Positions 18,765 through 27,535 of a stretch of DNA of 61,028 nucleotides are shown here, one piece after another (within the stretch, counting starts at the first letter, position 1; every line of letters starts with the position of its first letter). Below the pieces are notes generated by a model. That model did not search any database and was not told where the DNA came from. It worked only from the letters and a program-made list of their open reading frames with translations. Position numbers and translations under genes: made by a program. The stretch spans positions 1-61,028 of the forward strand of contig CAZZIE010000007.1 in NCBI GenBank assembly GCA_964654185.1, given 5' to 3'. Source of the DNA: an uncultured Spirochaetaceae bacterium. GTDB taxonomy: Bacteria; Spirochaetota; Spirochaetia; DSM-27196; PWMO01.

Positions 18765-19922
18765 ATGGCAGCAGAACGAGATAGACAGACACGCGGCTCT
18801 TTGGCACGCGGCTCCTTTTCGAGCGGCTCCTTCGGACGCACATTCTTCATTGTCGTACTCCTGGCGGTGACCGCCCTCGTTGTGGTGATTGTCCGGCGCT
18901 TCCTCATGGCTGCCCTCCTGGCGGCGATTACCGCGGCCCTCTTCTACCCGTTCTACCGCTTCTTCGAACGGCGCATTCCAATTCGGCGACTTGCCGCCCT
19001 GGTCGCGCTCATACTTGTCATCGTGGTATTCGTCGTGCCCCTGGCGGCCTTCGCATACCTGGCGGTCGACACCGTCGCCGGCTTCATGCAGAACCTGCAG
19101 GAGGGGTCGGCCCCGGTCCGCAACGAGGTCCGACAGGTCGTGGAAGCGGTCATGGAGTGGCCGATCTTCAGGCGCTTCGACATCGACCCGGGAGATATTG
19201 TTCAGAACCTCCTTGCAGGCCTGAACGTCGTGGATGCACAGTTGCTCACCAGTGTGCGCTCGGTGGTTCAGTCCGTCGGGGCGACGGCGCTGAACATCTT
19301 CATCTATGTGTACAGCCTCTACTTCTTCTTTCGGGACGGACCGACGCTTCTGAGGCGGATCTTCGAGCGCATTCCCATGCGCCGGCAGGATAAGGACGTG
19401 CTCTTGGAGAAGTTCGTCACCGTCACCCGCGCGACCATCAAGGGCACCATCATCATCGGCATCTTCCAGGGCGCCATCGGCGGACTTGTCATGTTCGTTC
19501 TCGGACTGCCCGGCGCGGTGGTGTGGGGGGTGCTCCTCTTCTTCCTGGCGGCCATCCCCAACTTCGGCGCAATTCTCGTCTGGCTGCCGGCGTCCATCTA
19601 CCTCTTCCTCACCGGCGCCATTGCCCGGGGCATCCTCATGGTCGCCCTCGCCGGCGGACTCCTGGCGGCGGTGGACTACCTGCTCCGCCCGCGCCTCATT
19701 GAAGAGGACATCCGGGTGCATCAGCTCCTTGTCCTCTTCAGCGTGCTCGGCGGCCTCATTGTCTTCGGCGTATTCGGCCTCATCCTCGGGCCCATCATCA
19801 TGGCCGTCTTCGTCAAGATGTGGGAGATCTACGGCGACCTCTTCCACCATGAGATCGAAGCTGCCGAGCATCCCGCAGTCTCATCTCAGGAAGAGCATGA
19901 ACCTCCGGAAGATCATGAATAG
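18765..19922 (+). CDS. AI-2E family transporter
   Basis: Multi-TM protein with DYLLRPRLI and FGVFGLILGPII motifs. Confidence 0.9.
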   Translation: MAAERDRQTRGSLARGSFSSGSFGRTFFIVVLLAVTALVVVIVRRFLMAALLAAITAALFYPFYRFFERRIPIRRLAALVALILVIVVFVVPLAAFAYLAVDTVAGFMQNLQEGSAPVRNEVRQVVEAVMEWPIFRRFDIDPGDIVQNLLAGLNVVDAQLLTSVRSVVQSVGATALNIFIYVYSLYFFFRDGPTLLRRIFERIPMRRQDKDVLLEKFVTVTRATIKGTIIIGIFQGAIGGLVMFVLGLPGAVVWGVLLFFLAAIPNFGAILVWLPASIYLFLTGAIARGILMVALAGGLLAAVDYLLRPRLIEEDIRVHQLLVLFSVLGGLIVFGVFGLILGPIIMAVFVKMWEIYGDLFHHEIEAAEHPAVSSQEEHEPPEDHE

Positions 19923-20556
19923 GGACGATGCCCCCAGGGACCGCCCGGAAGAACGAATCGAGGCGCTGCTGCGCGCCTTCGCGGTGAAGCGGACAACCCG
20001 CGCGGGCTGGCACCGGGTCGGTGTCGGGGACCCGGAGTCGGTGGGCGACCACTCCTGGGGGACGGCGCTCCTTGCGCTGGAGTTCGCCGGCCTTGCCGGT
20101 GTGCCCGCGCACCGCGCCGCCGCCATGGCGGTGGTCCACGACCTCCCCGAGGCGATCACCGGCGACGTGCCGTACCGTCCGGAGGGGCGGGCGGGCCCGG
20201 ACGAGCAGCGGGCGCGCCTGGATGTCCCGGCGGGTGGGGCGACGCCGGAGCACGCGGTGCGCGGCGGGAAGGCGGAGCGTGAGGCCGCCGCCATGGCGGA
20301 GCTCACTGCGGAAGGCGACGAGGCGCGAACGCTCTGGAATGAGTACGAGGCAGGGGCTACTCCGACGGCGCAGTTCGTCCGGGACATGAACCTCATCGAC
20401 ATGTGTCTGCAGGCGGTGATCTACGCCGAGGCGGAGGCTTCTCCCGGCCACGATTCGCTCCGGGAGTTCCTGGATTCCTCCGCGCCCCGCCTGCAGACCA
20501 AAGTGGGGCGCAGACTATTTGCCGCGCTGGATCGGCGCTTCTTGGACAGCCGGTAA
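19915..20556 (+). CDS. HD-domain hydrolase (YfbR/HDDC2-like)
   Basis: RAGW...ESVGDHSW, VVHDLPEAITGD, LWNEYE and FVRDMN. Confidence 0.85.
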   Translation: MNRDDAPRDRPEERIEALLRAFAVKRTTRAGWHRVGVGDPESVGDHSWGTALLALEFAGLAGVPAHRAAAMAVVHDLPEAITGDVPYRPEGRAGPDEQRARLDVPAGGATPEHAVRGGKAEREAAAMAELTAEGDEARTLWNEYEAGATPTAQFVRDMNLIDMCLQAVIYAEAEASPGHDSLREFLDSSAPRLQTKVGRRLFAALDRRFLDSR

Positions 20557-20605
20557 TCCACCTGTAAAATGGGTGTCCAACCACACCGCGGGAGGAGCAG
20601 TCTGC

Positions 20606-21370
20606 ATGCCCTATCTACATCTGCTGGGAACCGGCGCAGCCATGAGCGATCCACACCGTACTGTCACCATGCTCGCCCTCGAGGATGAGCATGACCTCTA
20701 CCTCATCGACTGCGGTGGCGACACCATTCAGCGCCTGCTCCTGCTCGGAACGCCGCTGGAGAAGCTTCGCGGCGTGGTCATCACGCATGAGCATCCCGAC
20801 CACGTGGCCGGGTTCCCCCTCCTCATGGAGAAGCTCTGGCTTGCCGGACGGCGCGATCCGGTGGATGTGTACGGCATTGAGCCGGCGCTGGGAACGGCAG
20901 ATCAACTCCTGGCTACCTTCGATACCTCCGGATGGGAGGGCATGCCGGAGATCCGCTGGCATGAGGTCGCCCATGAGCCCGGCGCGGCCGTTCTGTCGGA
21001 GGGCCCCTGGACCATGACGGCGGCGCCCGGCATTCATTCGGTTCCCGTCGTCGGGCTGCGAGTAGGGTACCAGGCCGGAGAGAACGAGATGCCGCGCGTC
21101 CTGGCGTACTCCTGCGACACCGAGTACGCCGACGACATTGTCGAACTTGCCTCGGATGCGGACGTGCTGGTGCATGAGGCGACCGGCCCCATGGAGGGGC
21201 ACAGTAGCGCGCGGGATGCCGCGGCGGTTGCCTCCCGCGCGACCTGCGGCCGCCTGCTTCTGGTGCACCTCCCGCCGGCGGCATCACTTACCGACGAGAT
21301 GATCACTCAGGCCCGCGGTATCTTTGCCAACCTGGACCGAGGCCGCGAAGGGGGAACCTATCCATGGTAG
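20606..21370 (+). CDS. MBL-fold metallo-hydrolase (RNase Z-like)
   Basis: LLGTG, LIDCG, ITHEHPDHVAG, YSCDT, LVHEAT and LVHL. Confidence 0.85.
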   Translation: MPYLHLLGTGAAMSDPHRTVTMLALEDEHDLYLIDCGGDTIQRLLLLGTPLEKLRGVVITHEHPDHVAGFPLLMEKLWLAGRRDPVDVYGIEPALGTADQLLATFDTSGWEGMPEIRWHEVAHEPGAAVLSEGPWTMTAAPGIHSVPVVGLRVGYQAGENEMPRVLAYSCDTEYADDIVELASDADVLVHEATGPMEGHSSARDAAAVASRATCGRLLLVHLPPAASLTDEMITQARGIFANLDRGREGGTYPW

Positions 21371-21404
21371 TCCGGGAGCCGGTGGTTGAAGGAGAGGAAC
21401 GAGC

Positions 21405-23129
21405 ATGAAACGAATAATCGACGCATTGACCCGACGCTACGATGAACGGGACCTCCTGGTGCGCCGGCGCGCACGTCTCTTCGTGGTGGTGGTGTTCATC
21501 ATTGCGCTGCTGACCATCCTCAACTTCGTGAGTGAGGTGGCTCTCGGGACAACGGACCTCGGCTCCGTTCTCGGCAATATCGCTCTGATCGTCGTCTACA
21601 TTGTCACGGTTGTGATCATGGCGAGTGGCCGCTACCAGCTCGCAACGACGATCTTCCTGCTTTTCACCATTGCCGGCGTTGCCCTGACCGTTCTCACACT
21701 CCCCGAGGTGAATGCAACGACGAGCTACCGGATGGCCGCGGGGCTGCTCCTCCCGCTTGTTGCGGCGGCGGTCGTGGCCTTGCGATATTACCAGGTCATC
21801 CTTTCGGGGGCTCTCGCCGTGGGCCTTCACCTCTACTTCCATTTCGCAAGGATCGTGCCCGCCGTGCAGGGGCCGGCCGCCGCGGACGTCCTGGGCTCGA
21901 CCCTTGTGTATCTGATCGTTGCTACGGTTCTCGTGGTGGCGGCGGTGTGGATGACCCAGCGGCTCATGCAAACTGCGGAAGAGCAAACCGACGCGAGCCG
22001 CACACGCCTCGAGGAGATGCAGACTCTGGTGGCGACTTCAGAGGAGGGCTTCCGGGTCGGCGCTTCAGTCCAGCAGGAAATCCAGGCGGTTCGCTCCAGC
22101 ATTGAGCAGGTCGAGCGCACCATGCGCTCCCTCCGGGATCGCATGCAGGACCTTGCCACACGGCATGACGGTATCCGCAACGCCAACCAAGCAGTCGCCG
22201 AGGCGACCGCGACGGTGAAGCGCGTCGTCATGGATCAGAACAGCGCCACCGAGGAGAGCTCCGCCTCCATTGCGGAGATGGCCGCATCGATTCGCAGCAT
22301 CGACGAGGTCGCGCGCTCCAAGAAGAGCCTTGCCGACGGTCTCGCCCAGACCGCCCAGGAAGGGCAGACCCAGATGGACGAGTCCGTCGAGGCGATTGCG
22401 AGTCTCGCCGACAAGGTTTCCGAGATCTCCGACGTCGTAGGGGTGATCGAGAGCATCAGCGAGCAGACCAGCCTCTTGTCCATGAATGCCGCCATTGAGG
22501 CGGCCCACGCCGGCGAGCACGGCCGCGGCTTCGCCGTGGTGGCGGAGGAGATTCGAAAGCTCAGCGAGAACACCAGCGAGAACACCCACCGCATTGCCGA
22601 TACCATCAGCAGCATTGTCGAGCAGATCCGCCACACCCGGGAAACCAACAGCGAGGCCGGTGGCTACTTCCAGCGTATCACCAAAGAGATCTTCGACGTC
22701 CGGGACGCCATTGACGAGATGATCAGCGGTCTCGGGGAGCTTTCCACCGGTACCGGAGAGATGGACAAGGCGGTTCGCAGCCTCGTCGACGGGAGCCGCA
22801 CCGTCGACTCAACAATTGACGATGTCGACGGCAAGATCAAGGACAGCAACCAGGACATTGAGCAGCTCACCACCTACTCCACGCAACTCCTCGAAGAGGT
22901 CGACCAGGTCGTCTCGGAGGTCGAGCGCATTGAGCAGTCGGCCAACACCCTGGAGCAGATCGGCCGGCGCAATGTGGAGCAGCTCAAAGGCTTCGAGGAG
23001 AAGCTGAACAGCATAACCGGCGGCCGCGCCGGCGCGGACGACCGTGTCGGCGGCCCGGACGGCCGCACCACGGCGCCTGCCGGCACTCAGGAAGGTGAAT
23101 CGGAGGAGACGGGGATCCGCCTGGCGTAG
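21405..23129 (+). CDS. Methyl-accepting chemotaxis protein
   Basis: Multi-TM N-terminus, and [36 protein letters not shown]. Confidence 0.95.
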   Translation: MKRIIDALTRRYDERDLLVRRRARLFVVVVFIIALLTILNFVSEVALGTTDLGSVLGNIALIVVYIVTVVIMASGRYQLATTIFLLFTIAGVALTVLTLPEVNATTSYRMAAGLLLPLVAAAVVALRYYQVILSGALAVGLHLYFHFARIVPAVQGPAAADVLGSTLVYLIVATVLVVAAVWMTQRLMQTAEEQTDASRTRLEEMQTLVATSEEGFRVGASVQQEIQAVRSSIEQVERTMRSLRDRMQDLATRHDGIRNANQAVAEATATVKRVVMDQNSATEESSASIAEMAASIRSIDEVARSKKSLADGLAQTAQEGQTQMDESVEAIASLADKVSEISDVVGVIESISEQTSLLSMNAAIEAAHAGEHGRGFAVVAEEIRKLSENTSENTHRIADTISSIVEQIRHTRETNSEAGGYFQRITKEIFDVRDAIDEMISGLGELSTGTGEMDKAVRSLVDGSRTVDSTIDDVDGKIKDSNQDIEQLTTYSTQLLEEVDQVVSEVERIEQSANTLEQIGRRNVEQLKGFEEKLNSITGGRAGADDRVGGPDGRTTAPAGTQEGESEETGIRLA

Positions 23130-23207
23130 CCGCGCGGTTAAGCCAGGCGGCGGGCTGGTGCGGCGGGGCACCGCAGCTGCAGGCCGGGGCGGTCCGCCCG
23201 GCGGGTC

Positions 23208-24098
23208 TCAACCCCGAAGGCGCAGCAGGGCATCCCGCAGACGGTCGGGGAGAGGTGCAACCAGCCGCGCCGCCAGGCGTGCATCGGGACCGACAAGGTA
23301 GCGTGTGCGGGGTCGACGCGCCGTGAGCGCCCGGGCAACAACGCGCGCTACCGCGTCCGGCCGGATGCCCCGGTTCGGGGCCCGCTCGGCGTGGACGATC
23401 GCCTTCGTGATGCGGTCACCGTAGAGGGTCGTCGCCTCCACCGGCATCTGCTGCTGCATTGCGCGACCCGCCTCCAACGCCTTGTCCCAGAGGGGCGTAC
23501 GCACCGTTCCCGGCTCTACCGCCGCAACCCGGATTCCCTGCCGCTCCACCTCCATTCGCAGTGTGTCCGTCAGGCTCTCGACGGCAAACTTGCTCGCCGT
23601 GTAGGGCCCGCTCGGGCTGAAGGCAATCCGCCCGCCGATCGAGCTGACGTTGACCAGCCGCGCCCGGCGGTACCGCCCGGGCACGTCGCCACCGGCGCCG
23701 CTCCGTACCGTCGCCACATACTGCCGTAGCAGCGGCAGACAGAGCTGAGACATGGCCACCAGGGAGAACACGTTGACCTCGAACTGCCGGCGCAGCTCCT
23801 CGATTGGAACAAACTCGATCGGCGCCGCCAGGGCAATCCCGGCGTTGTTGACCACCCCGTAGAGCCCCGCCTCCCCGGCAAGCTCAGCAATGTGCTCCAC
23901 CGCTGCGCGCCGCGCGGCCTCATCGGTGACATCAAACACAAGGGGATGAATGCGCCGCGGCTCAGTCGCCGCCATCTCCGCCGCATCTTCCTCTCGCCGC
24001 ACCCCTGCAAAAACCGTGAACCCGCGGTTTGCCAGCTCATGCACCGTCGCCAGCCCAATGCCCTTCGACGCCCCCGTCACCAATACGTGCCTGGTCAT
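23208..24098 (-). CDS. SDR family oxidoreductase
   Basis: VTGASKGIG, VNNAGI, NVSSIGG and YTASK. Confidence 0.92.
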   Translation of the reverse strand: MTRHVLVTGASKGIGLATVHELANRGFTVFAGVRREEDAAEMAATEPRRIHPLVFDVTDEAARRAAVEHIAELAGEAGLYGVVNNAGIALAAPIEFVPIEELRRQFEVNVFSLVAMSQLCLPLLRQYVATVRSGAGGDVPGRYRRARLVNVSSIGGRIAFSPSGPYTASKFAVESLTDTLRMEVERQGIRVAAVEPGTVRTPLWDKALEAGRAMQQQMPVEATTLYGDRITKAIVHAERAPNRGIRPDAVARVVARALTARRPRTRYLVGPDARLAARLVAPLPDRLRDALLRLRG

Positions 24099-24140
24099 CT
24101 GCGCTTCCTCGCCGCCCGCCCCGGATCGGCGGCCGGACAC

Positions 24141-24169
24141 AAAAAAACCGGGCACCGCAGTGCCCGGTT
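24141..24169 (-). terminator. Rho-independent terminator
   Basis: On the minus strand AACCGGGCAC-TGCG-GTGCCCGG followed by a T7 tract, downstream of 24201-25472. Confidence 0.85.
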
Positions 24170-24200
24170 CAAGTATACGTCTTCTACAACGCTGGAGGGT

Positions 24201-25472
24201 CTACCAGAGGAGTCCGACGTTCAGACCCAGGCTGAGGCCGGGCCCCCGGTCTTCCTCCAGCGGGAAGTACACCGCTGCAGGGACATCGATCTTGAAGGGC
24301 CCAAGGTTGAATGCAGTTCCGAAGGTGATCCGCGGATTGAGAAAGGCGGGCTGGCTGCTGCTCACCTGACTCAGGGTGATGGAACCGCCGTTGGCGGAGA
24401 GATAGTCGCTTTCACCGAGGTAGCCGGTGACTTCCGCGCTTCCCTCCCCTTCGATAGCAATGTCCGATGAGCCGCCGAGGGAGAGGTCCACGCCTGCACC
24501 AAGGCTGAAGTCGAAGAGCCAGAGCAGGCGCAGTGCCGTAGCAACCTCAATGGGGATGGTCAGCGCGCGGTTTTCGACGCTGAGGCGCGCCTCCGGATTC
24601 AGCAAAACAGTTCCCAAGTCGGTTCCCGAGGGGTAATTCGTCGGATCTTGGTTTTCGAGGGCGATGTCCAGTTGCTCCAGATCGCCACCCTCGGTCAAGC
24701 CGAGTTGCTCTTTCGTAAGGTTGGCTTCGAAGCTTCCCTCTTCAAGGATATCCCCGACGGGAATTCCGATGCCAACACCGCTGCTGTGCAGAACGGCGCC
24801 GGCGCCGACGCTGATTCCCCGAAAGCGGATGGGACCGTTGGGCCAGAGATTGCCGACCAGGAGGTAGTTCAGGAAGCCGCCGACCGATCTGGACTGGATG
24901 TCGGCGGTAACGCCCTCTTCAATGGGAACGGACACGTCAATGCTGCCGAACTTGCCCGATAGGTAGAGCCCGTCAATGAGGAAGTCCATGCTGAGGCCCA
25001 GGGAAGCAGCCCAGGTCTGCCAGGCGCCACCAATGGCGGCGTTGTTGCCGAGCGCCTCATAGAGAGCTGCCGTAGGATCGGTGGCGTCCGCGGAGATTTC
25101 AACTGCCGGCAGCTGAACGCCGATGTTGGTCCCCGCAGCCAGGTAGAAGCTCTGGTAGTCGGTGTATGACCGCAGGGTGGCGACATTCGTGGCAAAGATC
25201 CCCGCATTGGCAAAGGCCCCTGCGAGATTGCTCAGGTCGGGCAGTTGGCCCAGTGCTTCGTCGGCGGAGGAAACCGCGCCGTCTACCTGGGTTGCCAGCT
25301 TGGTGTTGACGGTGTTTTCCCAATCGTTGATATCAGTCTGAGTGATTCCGCCCTGATCTGCGAGGGAATCATCGATCTCGATGCTCGGGTACGTGCCGAC
25401 CGTCACCTGTGCCGTGGCAACGGAAGCTCCAAGAAGCGCCAAAACTATTGCTATTGTCACTATTCGTTTCAC
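24201..25472 (-). CDS. Secreted, probable outer-membrane beta-barrel protein (spirochaete Lsa36-like family)
   Basis: GTG start with a GAGGAG RBS, signal peptide, AGAFANAG motif, alternating beta-strands and a C-terminal Trp. The family name is from recall only. Confidence 0.55.
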   Translation of the reverse strand: MKRIVTIAIVLALLGASVATAQVTVGTYPSIEIDDSLADQGGITQTDINDWENTVNTKLATQVDGAVSSADEALGQLPDLSNLAGAFANAGIFATNVATLRSYTDYQSFYLAAGTNIGVQLPAVEISADATDPTAALYEALGNNAAIGGAWQTWAASLGLSMDFLIDGLYLSGKFGSIDVSVPIEEGVTADIQSRSVGGFLNYLLVGNLWPNGPIRFRGISVGAGAVLHSSGVGIGIPVGDILEEGSFEANLTKEQLGLTEGGDLEQLDIALENQDPTNYPSGTDLGTVLLNPEARLSVENRALTIPIEVATALRLLWLFDFSLGAGVDLSLGGSSDIAIEGEGSAEVTGYLGESDYLSANGGSITLSQVSSSQPAFLNPRITFGTAFNLGPFKIDVPAAVYFPLEEDRGPGLSLGLNVGLLW

Positions 25473-25627
25473 AACAAAACTCCTCGTGCCCCGGGTCGTT
25501 CGCCTGGAGCTGTTCTCCTGTGTTTCAAACATAGCCCTGTAGCGAGCATATATCAAAGTGACGGGATGCGGAAGGAGAAGAACCTGAAACGGGTCTGGGA
25601 ATTCCGCGAAGCGTGTCGCAAAAGGGC

Positions 25628-25666
25628 GGGCGCCGACCGGTCCGGGCGCCGACCGGTCCGGGCGCC
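25628..25666. repeat. 16-bp tandem repeat GGGCGCCGACCGGTCC (about 2.4 copies)
   Basis: Read directly from the sequence, immediately left of element B. Confidence 0.75.
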
Positions 25667-25676
25667 GGGCGAACTC

Positions 25677-25842
25677 TAACGTACTCAGAACCGTGTTGAT
25701 GGCCCGAGAGCCAGCTCCTTTCGGGACCGAGAGATAAGCAGCCGGTCGCAGGTAAAGGGACGCCTGACATGGCGGGGTCCTCGCAACACCTTTCGACCGC
25801 GGCGGATACGCCGGAGCCATCAACACGGTTCTGAGTAGGTTG
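25677..25842 (-). repeat. ~165-bp TIR element, copy B
   Basis: Arms TAACGTACTCAGAACCGTGTTGATG (25677-25701) and CATCAACACGGTTCTGAGTAGGTTG (25818-25842), 116-nt core, flanked by the direct repeat GGGCGAACTC. Confidence 0.9.
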
Positions 25843-25868
25843 GGCGAACTCCTCCTTCCGCCGACACA

Positions 25869-26288
25869 TTACCGCGCGGGGCGGATCTCGTAGTCGTAGG
25901 TGATGGTGGCGCCGGTGCGGAGCATCTCGCCGACGGAGCAGTACTTGTTCACCGCGAGGTCGAGGGCGCGGGCGGCCTTCGCCTCGTCGACGGGGCCTAT
26001 GAGCGTGAAGTGGAGGTGGATCGCGGTGAAGGGAGCGGGAGACGTGTCGGGGCGAGTGCCGTTGACATCGATCTCAATGTCTTCCAATCCGGCCCGCTGC
26101 TTGCGCAGGATTTCCACGAGATCCATGGAGGCGCAGGTCGCAAGGGCGGCAAGGAGGGTTTCCATGGGGCGCAGGCCGGCGCCTTCGCCGCCGATGGCCG
26201 GGGCGCCGTCGATGTGGATTTCGGCGCCGTCTGTGTTGCGGGCGACGAAGTGGACGCGGTCGTTGGCGCGGTGGAGTGATACGTTCAT
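25869..26288 (-). CDS. OsmC/YhfA family protein
   Basis: RPMETLLAALATCASMD...AVNKYCSV. Confidence 0.9.
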   Translation of the reverse strand: MNVSLHRANDRVHFVARNTDGAEIHIDGAPAIGGEGAGLRPMETLLAALATCASMDLVEILRKQRAGLEDIEIDVNGTRPDTSPAPFTAIHLHFTLIGPVDEAKAARALDLAVNKYCSVGEMLRTGATITYDYEIRPAR

Positions 26289-26306
26289 GGGTCTTTCATA
26301 GTAAAA

Positions 26307-26323
26307 TCGACTTACTCAGTCAA
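26307..26323. promoter_or_regulatory. Rrf2-family (IscR/CymR-like) operator candidate
   Basis: TCGACT-N5-AGTCAA near-palindrome between the divergent osmC-like gene and cysM. It matches the YYGACT-N5-AGTCRR core of IscR type 1 sites. Confidence 0.5.
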
Positions 26324-26371
26324 CTAAGTGAAGACTTGCTGGGGCGATGTGAATTGGCTACCCTGACACTC

Positions 26372-27373
26372 ATGAACATCAAGACCATTGAAGAGTGTGT
26401 CGGCAACACGCCGCTGGTGAAGCTGCAGCGACTCTATCAGGGCGCCAACACGGTGCTCTGCAAGCTGGAAGGGGACAACCCCGCCGGGTCGGTGAAGGAT
26501 CGGCCCGCCCTCAGCATGATTCGCCGCGCTGAAGAGGCGGGGCGAATCAAGCCCGGGGACACGCTGATTGAGGCGACGAGCGGCAACACGGGCATTGCGC
26601 TGGCGATGGTTGCGGCGGCGCGAGGCTACAAGATGGTCGTGATCATGCCCGAGCACATGAGCGAGGAGCGCCGCGCGGTCATGCGCGCCTACGGCGCCGA
26701 GCTGATCCTCACCTCCAAAGAGGGGAGCATGGAGGAGGCCATTGATACGGCGCGGCGGATGGAGTCGGAGGGCCGCGGCGTGATCCTGGACCAGTTCTCC
26801 AACCCGGACAACCCGCGCGCCCACTACGAGACGACGGGGCCCGAGGTGTGGCGGGACACGGACGGTCGGATCACGCACTTTGTGGCATCGACCGGGACGA
26901 CGGGCACGCTGATGGGAACCTCCCAGTACTTGAAGGAGCAGAACCCGGACATCCGCATTGTCGGGGTTACTCCGGACGCCGAAGGCGGCATTCCGGGGAT
27001 CCGCAAGTGGCCGAAGGAGTACGAGCCGCGGATCTTCGATGAGTCGCGTCTGGACGAGCGGCGGCAGGTCGGCCGGGAAGAGGCCGTCGCCATGATGCGC
27101 GCCCTCGCCCGAGAAGAGGGCATCTTCGGGGGCATTTCCTCCGGGGGGAACGTTGCCGTGGCGTTGCGGCTGGCCCGGGAGCTCGAGGTGGAAGGCCCTG
27201 CGCCGGCGGCCCGCCACGGGACGGGCGCCAGTGGGGCGGGTGCCGGCAGGACGGGTGCCGGCAGGACGGGTGCCGGCGGGGCAGGATCCCCCCGGACGGG
27301 CTCCGAGGGGGCGGTGATCGTGACGGTGATCTGTGATCGGGGAGACCGCTACCTCTCAACGGGCCTCTTTTAA
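26372..27373 (+). CDS. cysM: Cysteine synthase B (O-acetylserine sulfhydrylase)
   Basis: KLEGDNPAGSVKDR, EATSGNTG, GTTGT, PGIRKW, EEGIFGGISSG and CDRGDRYLSTG. Confidence 0.93.
   Translation: MNIKTIEECVGNTPLVKLQRLYQGANTVLCKLEGDNPAGSVKDRPALSMIRRAEEAGRIKPGDTLIEATSGNTGIALAMVAAARGYKMVVIMPEHMSEERRAVMRAYGAELILTSKEGSMEEAIDTARRMESEGRGVILDQFSNPDNPRAHYETTGPEVWRDTDGRITHFVASTGTTGTLMGTSQYLKEQNPDIRIVGVTPDAEGGIPGIRKWPKEYEPRIFDESRLDERRQVGREEAVAMMRALAREEGIFGGISSGGNVAVALRLARELEVEGPAPAARHGTGASGAGAGRTGAGRTGAGGAGSPRTGSEGAVIVTVICDRGDRYLSTGLF
27238..27277. repeat. In-frame 15-bp tandem repeat within cysM
   Basis: GGGTGCCGGCAGGAC about 2.7 times, encoding GAGRT repeats. Confidence 0.85.
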
Positions 27374-27535
27374 CCTACCCACAACCCTGTTGATGCCGTA
27401 GCGGGTAACTCACGGTGGCGCAGAGGCTTCGCCGTTTCTGCGGGCTGGATGCATGCGTATCGTGTTCGCAAGGCGCCAACGTCTGCTGATGCAAGGCGTT
27501 GGGCCGCTCCCATCAACAGGGTTCTGAGTACTTAA
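27371..27535 (+). repeat. ~165-bp TIR element, copy C
   Basis: Arms TAACCTACCCACAACCCTGTTGATG (27371-27395) and CATCAACAGGGTTCTGAGTACTTAA (27511-27535), 115-nt core. Confidence 0.9.

Noticed and set aside
25473-25826. N-terminal extension of the OMP ORF through element B
   Set aside because: The signal peptide and GAGGAG RBS place the start at GTG 25472. The open frame through B is most likely incidental.
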